DNA of 64,000 nucleotides from positions 27,770 to 91,769 of the forward strand of contig DATEAH010000006.1 of assembly GCA_035288465.1 (NCBI GenBank). The letters are read 5' to 3'. Shown here one piece after another: positions 9,724 to 19,748 of the stretch (its first letter is position 1; every line of letters starts with the position of its first letter). Below the pieces are notes generated by a model that was not told where the DNA came from, did not search any database, and saw only the letters and a list, made by a program, of their open reading frames with translations. The stretch comes from Patescibacteria group bacterium. Its GTDB lineage: Bacteria; Patescibacteriota; UBA1384; DATEAH01. Both the position numbers and the translations under genes were made by a program.

Positions 9724-11058
9724 CTATTTTTTCAAATGCTTTTTGAGTTCATCGCGGACGATTTGGCGTTCGTCCCAAGGGATTTTTTTATCACCCACCG
9801 CCATACACATTTCCGCCCCTTTGCCGGTAATGACCACTAAATCATCTTTTTCAGCCAGTTGAATCGCTTTTTTGATCGCTTTTTGGCGATTTAAAATTTT
9901 GTAATAATCTTGACCCAGCACCATTTTTTGATTTTTTTTGCCACGCGGCACACCGGCGGCGACTTGATCAATAATGTCTTTAGGCCTTTCGTGATAGGGA
10001 TCTTCGTCAGTGACAATCACAATATCAGTCCATTGCGAAGCTAAAGCACCCATAATTGGTCGTTTGGTTTTGTCGCGGTCGCCAGTGGCACCTAAAACTG
10101 AAATAATTTTCCCGGGCACCAAAGGCTTGACGGTTTGGTAAATTTTTTGCAAAGCATCTGGGGTGTGGGCATAATCAACAATCACCCCAAAATCCTGGCC
10201 TTCTTCTATTTTTTCCATTCGCCCTGGTACCTGCACTAATCTTTCCAAGCCTAATTTAATATATTTGAGGTCAATATTTTGAGACAAACCAACGCAAATA
10301 GCAGCTAAGGCATTTTCAATGTTGAATTTGCCAGGCAAAGCTAAAACAAATTCCGCTGAGCCAAAAGGTGTTTCGACCACAAATTGGCTGCCGGCAATAT
10401 CTGAAAAAGTGTGGCGAGCAATAATTTCATGGTCAGCTTTGGCGCGCGGTCCAATTCGATATGAATATTTTTTATCAGCCGGAAATTGCCAAAAATATTC
10501 AAAGGTTGGGTCTTCGGCGTTTATGACCGAGACTTTTTTCACGCCTGGTTTGCGTTCAAATTTCATTAATTTGGCAAATAATTTACCTTTGGAGTCGCGA
10601 TATTCAGTCATAGAGTGGTGATAATCTAAATGGTCGTGCGTTAAATTTGTAAAAGCCAAAATATCATAAGGAATGCCCCAAACCCGATTTTGATCAATGG
10701 CGTGAGAAGTGGTTTCCACAACCACATATTGGCAATCAGCTTTGAGGGCTTTGGCTAAAAAACTCTGCAGATGAAAAGCGGAAATCGTGGTCATCTTGGT
10801 TAAGTTTGGCCAAAGCTCATCGCCGATTCGAAAATTAACCGAACTTATGTGCGCGGTTTTATAACCAGCGCCCTGCAAAATTGAACTAATTAAATTAACA
10901 ACCGTAGTTTTGCCGTTGGTGCCGGTGACGCCGATAATGATCATTTTTTGAGCGGGAAAACCAAAACGGACACAGGCAATCCGGCTCTGCATAAGGTGAT
11001 AAAAATTTATAAAACCTGAGGGGAGAATTTTTTTCAAAAATTGTTTAATTTTATACAT
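9724..11058 (-). CDS. murE: UDP-N-acetylmuramoyl-dipeptide--amino acid ligase (MurE)
   Basis: GVTGTNGKTT, FTNLTHDHLDYH, VDYAHTPD, GDRDKTKRPIMG. Confidence 0.93.
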   Translation of the reverse strand: MYKIKQFLKKILPSGFINFYHLMQSRIACVRFGFPAQKMIIIGVTGTNGKTTVVNLISSILQGAGYKTAHISSVNFRIGDELWPNLTKMTTISAFHLQSFLAKALKADCQYVVVETTSHAIDQNRVWGIPYDILAFTNLTHDHLDYHHSMTEYRDSKGKLFAKLMKFERKPGVKKVSVINAEDPTFEYFWQFPADKKYSYRIGPRAKADHEIIARHTFSDIAGSQFVVETPFGSAEFVLALPGKFNIENALAAICVGLSQNIDLKYIKLGLERLVQVPGRMEKIEEGQDFGVIVDYAHTPDALQKIYQTVKPLVPGKIISVLGATGDRDKTKRPIMGALASQWTDIVIVTDEDPYHERPKDIIDQVAAGVPRGKKNQKMVLGQDYYKILNRQKAIKKAIQLAEKDDLVVITGKGAEMCMAVGDKKIPWDERQIVRDELKKHLKK

Positions 11059-11132
11059 TGAAGCTCCAAAAACTCATTATTTTTAGGGTGAAACCTCGGC
11101 GAAATTACGATCGCGATTGGGATTTAGACGGG

Positions 11133-12146
11133 TTAAAACTTTCTCCTCAAAAAACTCAAACCGCGATAAAATTGATATAAAACATGCACAAAAACCAAAT
11201 CAAAACCGCCCAAGTAATTTACTCGCTCGCCACCAAAACCCAATTTAAAACGCGTCAAACCCAACCATTTGTGGTGAGATTGGTCAGCAGGCGCCACGCC
11301 CCAAAAATCATAAAATTTCTGGCCATTTTTTTGAGCGTCTTGAATTGCTTGCCATTGTAATAAATGAGGCGCCATAACCTGGTGGAATTTTGGCAAACTG
11401 CCGCCATGCAAATAACAGGCATCGGAACCGAAAAATGAGACTAGAATTCCCGCCACCACCTCATTTTGATGTTCCGCCAGATATAATTTCGCTCGGCCAT
11501 TTTTACCAAAAACCCTTAATAATTTATCATAATGCTCTTTTTTGAAAATATCGAATTTTTGATTTTGGCTCGTCTCAGATAAAATTTTATAAAATGCCTC
11601 GATGTCTTGACTGAAGTTTTCGGAAACTCGAACCTGAACGCCTCTTTTTTCCGCTAACCGGATATTGTAGCGGGTTTTATGATGCATTTGGGCTAACAAT
11701 TTTTCAGGAGATATTTCCAAAGGTAAAACTAAAGTTGAAGCAGGCTGAATCCCGGGTGATTTTTTAAATTTTTCGGGAATTTGAAGCTGATATGGTTTTT
11801 TGACCTTGGGTTCAATTTTGAGGAAAATCGCTTTTTCTTTTTTGGCAATTTGCGCAATTTTAGCAAAAAGCGCTTGGCCAATTTTTAAATCCCAGTTGCG
11901 AATTCCCAAAACTGGACCGCGCGGACAATATAACCAACTCAAATTGCGAGGCAGTTTATGTTTAATAATAAGTGCTATGGCAATTATTTTATCATTTTCA
12001 ATGATTTTAAGGCGAAAAGCGCGATTGCCTAATGATTCTTGAAAATCACCCCATTCCCAACTTTGCAAAAAACTGCCCAATTCTGAGGTTTGGACAAAAT
12101 TATTCCAATTTTCTTGATCGCAAATTTCAGCTGGTAAAATTTCCAT
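11133..12146 (-). CDS. FemABX-family peptidoglycan bridge peptidyltransferase
   Basis: FLQSWEWG, YCPRGPV, KTRYNIRLAEKRGV, YDFWG, FKLGFGG. Confidence 0.9.
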   Translation of the reverse strand: MEILPAEICDQENWNNFVQTSELGSFLQSWEWGDFQESLGNRAFRLKIIENDKIIAIALIIKHKLPRNLSWLYCPRGPVLGIRNWDLKIGQALFAKIAQIAKKEKAIFLKIEPKVKKPYQLQIPEKFKKSPGIQPASTLVLPLEISPEKLLAQMHHKTRYNIRLAEKRGVQVRVSENFSQDIEAFYKILSETSQNQKFDIFKKEHYDKLLRVFGKNGRAKLYLAEHQNEVVAGILVSFFGSDACYLHGGSLPKFHQVMAPHLLQWQAIQDAQKNGQKFYDFWGVAPADQSHHKWLGLTRFKLGFGGERVNYLGGFDLVFVHVLYQFYRGLSFLRRKF

Positions 12147-12274
12147 TAATTTCGGCTTTCTCTTTTCTCTAATTTTATCATTTCAAGCTAAAAATGACAA
12201 GAAAAAAGCTGGCAAAAGTTCTGTGAGCAGAATTGTTGCCAGCAATTAGAAAAAAATGTTGAATAATTATTATA

Positions 12275-12727
12275 TTATAGGGAAATTGAAGAAGTACTTT
12301 CAGAGGGCAAAACTGCTGGTGGACGCAACATAAAATGTATATCCCGGGCTATTGTCTGGTCAGTATCTTGATCGGATTGTTTGTCAGAAATGCGCATAAG
12401 CCGTCTTAATCTCACAACCCCAGAACAAAGATTTTGTCTTTCAATATCGGGTAGTTTTTGATACCATCTCCGAATATCAATTACCAATGATGCTGAATGC
12501 ATATTCCTGTTTGGCAAAAGGTCCGGGACTGCCTGGGGTCCGTTCTGATTCCAGCCAAAAATACGTAAAGCCTCTTCCATCATCAATTCAATTTCATTTT
12601 TTGGCAATTGTTTTTCTTGGGCTTGAAGATAAAAAGGTTCAAGTGCTTCCTCAATCGCTTTAAAATCTTTTTGGGCTTGAAGAATTTCTCTGGTTTGGTC
12701 TATATCAGTCGCAGTATTTTCCGACAC
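12275..12727 (-). CDS. Hypothetical protein
   Basis: 150-aa ORF, GTG start with GGAGG SD. Confidence 0.5.
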   Translation of the reverse strand: MSENTATDIDQTREILQAQKDFKAIEEALEPFYLQAQEKQLPKNEIELMMEEALRIFGWNQNGPQAVPDLLPNRNMHSASLVIDIRRWYQKLPDIERQNLCSGVVRLRRLMRISDKQSDQDTDQTIARDIHFMLRPPAVLPSESTSSISL

Positions 12728-12825
12728 TTTATCTGCCTCCCTTCCGAGATATTTACATTATATCATTCCAATGTTTAACCGTCTATTTCCTTTTAAATCG
12801 AATGGAAAAATGGTAAAATGGCTTT

Positions 12826-13947
12826 ATGAAAATTTTAGGGATTGAAACCTCTTACGACCCCGCAAAGTCCCGACAAGTCGGAACAGCGGGGCAAGTGAAA
12901 CCGCGACAACTTATTCTTGGCATCGAAACTTCATGTGACGAAACAGCAGCAGCGGTTGTTAAAGTAGGTTCTGAAATTGAGATTCTGTCTAATGTCGTTG
13001 CCTCGCAAATTAAATTACATCGCCAATACGGCGGTGTTTTTCCTGAATTAGCCTCCAGAACTCATTTAGAAAATATTTTACCAACCATTAATTTAGCGTT
13101 AAAAAAGGCTCGGACTAATTTTGCCGAACTCGAGGCGATTGCCGTCACGGTCGGGCCGGGTTTAATTGGCTCACTTTTGATGGGGGTGGAGACTGCTAGA
13201 ACCTTGGCATATAGTTTCAAAAAACCTTTAATCGGCATAAATCACCTAGAGGGGCATCTGGCGGCTAATTTTGTTGATAAAAATTTAAAACAAATTGAAT
13301 TTCCGATTATTTGCTTAATCGTGTCGGGCGGGCATACTAGTTTAGTATTAATGCGTAAATTGGGAAATTATAAAACGATTGGCCAAACCCGAGATGATGC
13401 GGCCGGTGAAGCTTTTGATAAGGTGGCGCAGTTGTTGGGCTTAGAATATCCTGGAGGACCAGCAATTGAAGTCGCAGCTTTAAAAAGTAGAAAATTAGAA
13501 CTTAAAATTAAACTTCCAAGACCGATGATTGACAGCGAAGATTTTGATTTTTCGTTTTCCGGACTTAAGACCGCAGTTTTAAGGCTGACTAAAGAATTAG
13601 GACCTAAAAAAATCCAACAATTTAGAAACGAAATCGCGGCTGAATTTCAACAGGCAATTGTGGATGTTTTGGTCGCAAAAACCTTGAAAGCGGCTCAAAA
13701 ATATCAGGCGAAAACTATTTTGCTCTCTGGCGGCGTCGCGGCAAATTCAGCTTTAAGGAAAAAATTAGAAGCTGAAACCCTTAATTCAAAAGCTAATTTT
13801 TTGATGCCGCCCAAAAATCTCTGCACAGACAATGCGGCGATGATCGCGGTCGCCGCGGCTTTAAAAATTAACACAAAATCCGCCGCTCAAGAATTTAATA
13901 AAGGGTGGCAAAAAATCTCCGCGCAATCTAATTTAGAGTTGAGCTAA
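12826..13947 (+). CDS. tsaD: tRNA N6-threonylcarbamoyladenosine transferase TsaD (duplicated N-terminus)
   Basis: ILGIETSCDETA, NHLEGH, SGGHT, DDAAGEAFDK, CTDNAAMI. Confidence 0.95.
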   Translation: MKILGIETSYDPAKSRQVGTAGQVKPRQLILGIETSCDETAAAVVKVGSEIEILSNVVASQIKLHRQYGGVFPELASRTHLENILPTINLALKKARTNFAELEAIAVTVGPGLIGSLLMGVETARTLAYSFKKPLIGINHLEGHLAANFVDKNLKQIEFPIICLIVSGGHTSLVLMRKLGNYKTIGQTRDDAAGEAFDKVAQLLGLEYPGGPAIEVAALKSRKLELKIKLPRPMIDSEDFDFSFSGLKTAVLRLTKELGPKKIQQFRNEIAAEFQQAIVDVLVAKTLKAAQKYQAKTILLSGGVAANSALRKKLEAETLNSKANFLMPPKNLCTDNAAMIAVAAALKINTKSAAQEFNKGWQKISAQSNLELS

Positions 13948-13978
13948 TTATTAAAATCAGCTATAATAAAATTACATT

Positions 13979-16180
13979 ATGAATAAAGAATTGTCTAAAC
14001 AATACGAGCCGAAAAAAGTTGAGCCTGAAATTTATCAATATTGGGAAAAAGGCAAATTTTTTGAAGCTAATATTGATACCGGCAAAGAACCATTCTGCAT
14101 GATGATTCCGCCTCCAAACGTGACCGGTGAATTGCATATGGGTCATGCTTTAAACAATACGATTATTGACAGCTTGATTCGCTGGCAAAGGATGAAAGGC
14201 AAAAACGCTCTCTATCAGCCAGGTACTGATCATGCCGGCATTGCCACTCAAAACAAAGTTGAGCAAAAATTAGCCAAAGAAGGCAAAACCCGCTTGGATC
14301 TTGGCCGAAAAAATTTTGAGAAAGAGGTTTGGAACTGGAAAAACCAATACGAAAAAAGGATTTTGGGCCAGCTAAAAACTTTGGGCTGTTCGTGTGATTG
14401 GCAACGCAACCGCTTTACGATGGATGCCGAATATACTGAAGCGGTCATGACCGCCTTTAAACATTATTATGATAAGGGTTGGATTTATCAAGGTACGCGC
14501 GTAGTTAACTGGTGCCCGCGTTGCGCAACTTCAATTTCCGATATTGAGGTCAAACACAAACCGCAAAAAACTCTCTTATATTATTTTAAATATGATTTAA
14601 AATTTCCGATTACCATCGCCACCACCAGGCCAGAAACAAAACTTGGCGACACTGGCGTGGCAGTGCATCCCAAGGACAAGAGATATAAAAAATTTATTGG
14701 CAAAACTTTTCAAATTGATTTTGCCGGCCAAAAACGCGAGATCAAAGTGGTCGCCGATTCTTCGATTAATCGCAAATTTGGCACCGGGGCAGTGGGCTTG
14801 ACGCCAGCGCATTCAATAATTGATGAAAAAATCGCGGACAAAAATCACTTGGAAAAAATCAAGATAATTGATGAAAAAATTAGAATGACTGAAGCTGCTG
14901 GCAAGGATTTTGTCGGTTTGCGGCCAAAAGCAGCTCGCGAAAAAGTTGTCGCCTGGTTGCGCGATCAAAAATTAATATCAAGGGAAGTTGAAATCGAGCA
15001 TAATTTATCACTTTGTGATCGCTGTTCAACTACGGTTGAACCTTTGCCGTCTTTGCAATGGTTTTTAAAAATGTCGCAATTGGCTAAACCCGCCATTGAA
15101 GCTGTAAAAACGGGGAAAATTAAATTTCACCCCGCATTTTGGAAAAAAGTGTATTTGGCTTGGATGGAAAATATTGAAGATTGGTGCATTTCCAGACAGC
15201 TTTGGTGGGGACACAGATTGCCGGTATGGCACAAACAGGAAGAAATCCGAAATCCGAAATCCGAAATCCTAAACAAATCCCAATTTCAAAATTCCAAAAG
15301 TTTAGAAATTAGAAATTCGGATTTAGACATTTATGTTGGCGATAATCCGCCTGAAGGTTATGAACAAGTTGAAGATGTTTTAGACACTTGGTTTTCATCA
15401 GCCTTGTGGCCGTTTGCGGCTCTGGGTTGGCCGCAACCATCGCCGGTTTTTCAATATTATTTTCCCACCCAAATTTTGTCAACCGCCCGTGATATTATTT
15501 TCTTATGGGTGGCGAGAATGATTTTTTCCAGCTTGGAGTTAACTGGCGAGATTCCCTTTCGCGATGTTTATATCCATCCGACAATTTTTAATATTGAAGG
15601 CAGGCGCATGTCTAAATCTTTAGGCACTGGTGTTGATCCTTTGGAATTAATTAAAAAATACGGTGCAGATGCGGTTAGATTTGGTTTGCTCGCACAAAAT
15701 ACTGGGGTTCAGGATTTAAAATTTTCCGAAGACACCATCGCGGCTGGTGCAAAATTTGCGAACAAAATTTGGAATGCGGTCAGATTCGTGCGCATGAATT
15801 TGGAAATTTCCGACACCAAACTCCAAAAAATGGACAAAGCCCCAAAAGCGATTACTGACCACGATAAGAAGTTTCTCAACAACTTGAATAATATCATCAA
15901 ATCAACTGATAATAATTTGACGAATTTCCGCTTTGGCCAGACTGCCCAAGAATTATATAACTTTTTCTGGCATACTTTTTGCGATCAATATTTGGAATAT
16001 TCCAAAGAGCAGATGAAAGACGAAAAGCTCAAAAAAAATACCCAAAAAATTTTATATTACACCATTTGCCAAAGTTTGAAATTAATGCATCCGATTATGC
16101 CATTTATTACCGAAGAAATTTGGCGTGAACTCGGTCAAAAAACGCCATTGATAATTTCTGAGTGGCCGAAAAGTCAGTAA
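13979..16180 (+). CDS. valS: Valine--tRNA ligase (short form)
   Basis: PPPNVTGELHMGH, DWCISRQLWWGH, DTWFSS, RMSKS; ends soon after the anticodon-binding helical domain. Confidence 0.96.
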   Translation: MNKELSKQYEPKKVEPEIYQYWEKGKFFEANIDTGKEPFCMMIPPPNVTGELHMGHALNNTIIDSLIRWQRMKGKNALYQPGTDHAGIATQNKVEQKLAKEGKTRLDLGRKNFEKEVWNWKNQYEKRILGQLKTLGCSCDWQRNRFTMDAEYTEAVMTAFKHYYDKGWIYQGTRVVNWCPRCATSISDIEVKHKPQKTLLYYFKYDLKFPITIATTRPETKLGDTGVAVHPKDKRYKKFIGKTFQIDFAGQKREIKVVADSSINRKFGTGAVGLTPAHSIIDEKIADKNHLEKIKIIDEKIRMTEAAGKDFVGLRPKAAREKVVAWLRDQKLISREVEIEHNLSLCDRCSTTVEPLPSLQWFLKMSQLAKPAIEAVKTGKIKFHPAFWKKVYLAWMENIEDWCISRQLWWGHRLPVWHKQEEIRNPKSEILNKSQFQNSKSLEIRNSDLDIYVGDNPPEGYEQVEDVLDTWFSSALWPFAALGWPQPSPVFQYYFPTQILSTARDIIFLWVARMIFSSLELTGEIPFRDVYIHPTIFNIEGRRMSKSLGTGVDPLELIKKYGADAVRFGLLAQNTGVQDLKFSEDTIAAGAKFANKIWNAVRFVRMNLEISDTKLQKMDKAPKAITDHDKKFLNNLNNIIKSTDNNLTNFRFGQTAQELYNFFWHTFCDQYLEYSKEQMKDEKLKKNTQKILYYTICQSLKLMHPIMPFITEEIWRELGQKTPLIISEWPKSQ
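15243..15332. repeat. Heptamer-repeat hairpin inserted in frame in valS
   Basis: (aaatccg)x3 aaatcctaaacaaat ... tttagaaattagaaattcggattt; encodes EIRNPKSEILNKSQFQNSKSLEIRNSDL. Confidence 0.8.
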
Positions 16181-16237
16181 ACGGTTAACAATCAACAGTT
16201 AATAACTCTGTGGTCCGAAATAGAGATTGGGGATTAT

Positions 16238-16387
16238 GCCCGCCAAGTCTTAGAACTCACCTTTTCAGTATTACCGCGCCCGCCATTACTACGCTCAGGC
16301 GTTGCGGGCGGGTTCATACACGGTTCGTGCTGCGAATATCAGCGGGTTGCACACCAATTATATTAATTTTCTGGAGTGCAGGAGGGG
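16238..16387 (+). promoter_or_regulatory. Conserved structured 5' leader, copy B
   Basis: GCCCGC...GCGGGT, TGCAC...GGAGTGCA, GGAGGGG; shares cagtattaccgcgccc...ggcgttgcgggcgggttcat with copy A. Confidence 0.7.
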
Positions 16388-16390
16388 ATT

Positions 16391-17314
16391 TTGAAGAAAA
16401 AAATTTTAATAATTTTAGGCATTATTCTAGTTCTCGTGGGAATTTTTTTCGCGACTAAACCATACCGAACTAGTTTAGCTGCAACATATCTTAGTTTGGG
16501 TGATAAATTAATGGAAAACCAAGAATATCCGGAAGCGAAGACCCAATATTTAAAAGCGCGCTTGCTTTTACCTGGTAATTTTGGGGTGACTTTTAAAGTG
16601 GCCGAAACATATGAAAAATTGGGAAATTATCAATTATCCTATTCCTATTATAATAAAGCTAGGAAAATCTTACCAAATGACCCGAAAACATATTTAGCAA
16701 TGGCAAATATCAATTGGCGAAATAATAATTTAGACAAAGCGGTCGAGATTTTAAATAAAGGACTTGACAAAATTTCTAACAACAACGATCGCCAACTTTT
16801 ACAAATTAACCTGGGTAAAATTTATTTAATTAAAAAAGATTCCGCCAAAGCGAAAACTGCTTTTTCTGATACTGGTTCTAATTATTGGCTAGGAATTTAT
16901 TTCGCCTATCTCGGTGATTACCAAAGCGCTAAAAATTATTTTAGAAAAGAAACAACTGATAACGCCAAACTTTTTAACCAAGCGACAGTAAAAATTATTA
17001 ATACCAAAAGCGAGCCAACCCAAAAAGCGATTTTGGCCCAGATGCTAAATCAAACTGGTGAAGCCAGACTTGCGCTTCCAATTCTTAAAGATTTGGTTCA
17101 AAAAAATCCCGAATATCGGGATGCCTGGATATTTTTAGGTTATTCGAATTTAGAATTAGGAAATTCCAGTGAAGCCCTTGCTGCGCTCGAAACTGCCCAA
17201 AAATTAGACCCGATATATCCCCTAACATATGAACTCTTGGCCAAGCTCTACCAAAATAAAGGTAATGAGGCAAAAGCCAAAGAATATTTAGACCGCGCTA
17301 ACGCTCTCAAATAA
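16391..17314 (+). CDS. Membrane-anchored TPR protein
   Basis: N-terminal TM helix and multiple TPR-like repeats; TTG start after GGAGGGG. Confidence 0.8.
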   Translation: MKKKILIILGIILVLVGIFFATKPYRTSLAATYLSLGDKLMENQEYPEAKTQYLKARLLLPGNFGVTFKVAETYEKLGNYQLSYSYYNKARKILPNDPKTYLAMANINWRNNNLDKAVEILNKGLDKISNNNDRQLLQINLGKIYLIKKDSAKAKTAFSDTGSNYWLGIYFAYLGDYQSAKNYFRKETTDNAKLFNQATVKIINTKSEPTQKAILAQMLNQTGEARLALPILKDLVQKNPEYRDAWIFLGYSNLELGNSSEALAALETAQKLDPIYPLTYELLAKLYQNKGNEAKAKEYLDRANALK

Positions 17315-17327
17315 AACTTATTCGAGT

Positions 17328-19154
17328 TTATGGACTTTTGATGCCAAATAAAATGCTGCGAATTGGCGGATCGGAAACTTCAAGATTGGCATTAATCACT
17401 TTGCGCACAGTTTGACCGGTGACTTCAACCGAACCTGCGGAGCCAGTTAAACGAATTGCAATAACGCGGCCGGAAATACCGCGATTTAAAATTTCAATTT
17501 TTTGTAAAGTGCCGACATTGGTTTCGGCATTATTGGCAAAAATTTTTGATAATTCATCGCGACTAAAAACTTTACTGGACCATTTCCACCAGGGCGAATC
17601 TTCTTCCCATAAACTTGGCACTGCTCTCAAATATGGCCGTGGACTACCACCCCAAACATTTTCATTATTTTCCGTATATCCACCAGAAGTGGAATGATAA
17701 TAAGTGGGAATGACTTCGGCGCCATATACAACAACTTGGCCGCTGGTTTCGTCAACGGCTTTGTCTGTTTCGGTTGATTGATGCTTTTTACCTAAATAAA
17801 CTTGAAAACGCGTCGTGTCATCAACATCAAAAACTGCTTGAGGCTTGATGGCTCGAAAAGCATATGACCTGGCCGCGATAGCTTGCGCTTTTAAGGCTTC
17901 AGCGGGCCAGGAATGCGGCATTTCCGAAGGCACGACGCCTTTGAGATATTGCTCAAAACTGACAATATTAATCGTGTATAGCGAGCCACCAATATTTTTA
18001 ACCTGCATTGCGCCGTAATATTCATTATAACCCGACATTTTATAATCCACCCGCAACACGCCAGCAGCTGTCAAAGGTGCTATGGTGACATCGCCGGGAT
18101 TAGTGATGGTGGCGAGATTTTTACCCGAAGCATCAAAAATTGTAATTTGATTTTGAGAAATATTGGCACAGCCATTTTCGGGTATTGTCCTGGCTAAGAC
18201 CTTGGCCGATCCCGCGAGGCTGCAAATTTTTCCACCCGCCCCACCCAAAACTAAGCCGACACGAATTTTTAAACTGGCAGTATTTTTATTGGCAAGGTGA
18301 GTATTTTGATAATAATAACTCAAAATCTCTTGATAATTTTTACCTAATTTTGCTAAACCGCGCGCGCCATACTGGCTCATGCCAATGCCGTGCTCGGTGC
18401 CGCCGCCGGTAAAAATAAAAGTCTCGCCTGAGGCGGAATTTTGAGAAACAAAATCCCGTTCCAATAAAGAATTAATATGTTGCAATCTTAATAAATACTC
18501 TTGAATTTTGGAAGCGCGCAAATCCAAACTGCTTAAGCCTTGTTGCTTGGCAGATAGTTCCACCGCCAACAAAGCCATTCTGCCGGCAATCTCTTGTTGT
18601 TGAGATTTGAGATCGGAAATTTGGTCATCAAATAATTTCTCCCGCCTTGAAATTAGAGACAAAACTCGATCAATTTGACCGATTTTTCTGATTCGATCTT
18701 CAACCATAATCTGGGTTTCATCTTTGCCTTTTAAAAGATCAAAAAAATGCCCGGCATCGACATAATATGTGATATAAAAAAGCTTATCGTCAAAAACCAA
18801 ATAGAGTTCACGAAGAAGTGCTTTCCGCTGGCTAGCTAATTTAGGGGTAATAATTTTTAGCTTGGCTTTTTTGGTTTGCAGGCTGGTGATATCTTGATCT
18901 ATTTTTTGCTGCTGAGCTTCGAGATCTTTGAGTTTAGTGTCAAAATTGATAAATTTTTCTTCTAAATCCGAGACTTGGCTTTCATAAACTTCGCGGTCAG
19001 ATTTAATTTTTTCAAGCTGTGTTTCGGCTTGGCTTTTTTCGCTATCAACCGTTTGGTTGGCGTGAATTGATTGAGTCAGAAAAATACCTGCAAAGAGAAA
19101 AAGGACGAATAATATTTGAAGAATTTTTTTGAATTGTCGATGCACTTGCCCCAC
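17328..19154 (-). CDS. SpoIID/LytB-domain peptidoglycan lytic transglycosylase with N-terminal coiled coil
   Basis: HGIGMSQYGA, YLKGVVPSEMP, ALKAQAIAARSY, YHSTSGG. Confidence 0.9.
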   Translation of the reverse strand: MGQVHRQFKKILQILFVLFLFAGIFLTQSIHANQTVDSEKSQAETQLEKIKSDREVYESQVSDLEEKFINFDTKLKDLEAQQQKIDQDITSLQTKKAKLKIITPKLASQRKALLRELYLVFDDKLFYITYYVDAGHFFDLLKGKDETQIMVEDRIRKIGQIDRVLSLISRREKLFDDQISDLKSQQQEIAGRMALLAVELSAKQQGLSSLDLRASKIQEYLLRLQHINSLLERDFVSQNSASGETFIFTGGGTEHGIGMSQYGARGLAKLGKNYQEILSYYYQNTHLANKNTASLKIRVGLVLGGAGGKICSLAGSAKVLARTIPENGCANISQNQITIFDASGKNLATITNPGDVTIAPLTAAGVLRVDYKMSGYNEYYGAMQVKNIGGSLYTINIVSFEQYLKGVVPSEMPHSWPAEALKAQAIAARSYAFRAIKPQAVFDVDDTTRFQVYLGKKHQSTETDKAVDETSGQVVVYGAEVIPTYYHSTSGGYTENNENVWGGSPRPYLRAVPSLWEEDSPWWKWSSKVFSRDELSKIFANNAETNVGTLQKIEILNRGISGRVIAIRLTGSAGSVEVTGQTVRKVINANLEVSDPPIRSILFGIKSP

Positions 19155-19182
19155 CTTTTTAATTCAAGATTTATATTCTAAT

Positions 19183-19213
19183 TTGACATTTTTAGTCAAT
19201 TTTATGGTATATT
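19183..19213 (+). promoter_or_regulatory. Sigma70-type promoter for the T4SS-like cluster
   Basis: TTGACA at 19183 and extended -10 TGgTATATT. Confidence 0.5.
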
Positions 19214-19276
19214 ATAAATAGTAAAGAATCAAATTTGCTTAGCCTCGCGACGAGGATTATTTTGAGGTTATATATA

Positions 19277-19729
19277 AAATTCCAAATTGCAACAACCGAT
19301 GACCAATCAAATTACAAATTCCAATCACCAAATAAAATTTGACTTAGAGGAACGTACCTCAAACTTCGGGAAAGAGATAATTAATTTTTCTAAGGGCATT
19401 AAAATAAATCCAATTAATAATCCAATAATTAACCAACTGGTAAGATCCGGAACAAGCGTTGGAGCAAATTATTGTGAAGCAAATGAATCAAATTCAAAAA
19501 GGGATTTTATCCATAAAATATCTATTGCCAAAAAGGAAGCTAAGGAAACCATGTATTGGCTTGGCCTGATAAGTAGTGCCGAACCAACCAAAGAAAATGA
19601 TGCAAAGCAGTTACGTAAGGAAGCTCACGAATTAGTCTTAATATTTTCATCAATAATTAAAAACAAGAAATAAATTCGCACCTGAATATTGGACATTGAT
19701 TGGTGATTGAAATTTGATAATTGGAATTT
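19277..19729 (+). mobile_element. Four-helix-bundle cassette 1 with inverted periodic arms
   Basis: Perfect terminal aaattccaa/ttggaattt plus an internal accaatcaa/ttgattggt pair around the ORF. Confidence 0.6.
19299..19673 (+). CDS. Four helix bundle protein (TIGR02436 / 23S rRNA IVP-like)
   Basis: DLEERT ... QLVRSGTSVGANYCEA ... SKRDFIHKISIAKKEAKETMYWL. Confidence 0.93.
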   Translation: MTNQITNSNHQIKFDLEERTSNFGKEIINFSKGIKINPINNPIINQLVRSGTSVGANYCEANESNSKRDFIHKISIAKKEAKETMYWLGLISSAEPTKENDAKQLRKEAHELVLIFSSIIKNKK

Positions 19730-19748
19730 ATCCTAATTGGGGGGGGCT

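Noticed and set aside
16210-16458. 82-aa ORF spanning leader copy B (also 43353-43625 and 3094-3369)
   Set aside because: The reading frame is not conserved among leader copies; the conservation is in base pairing
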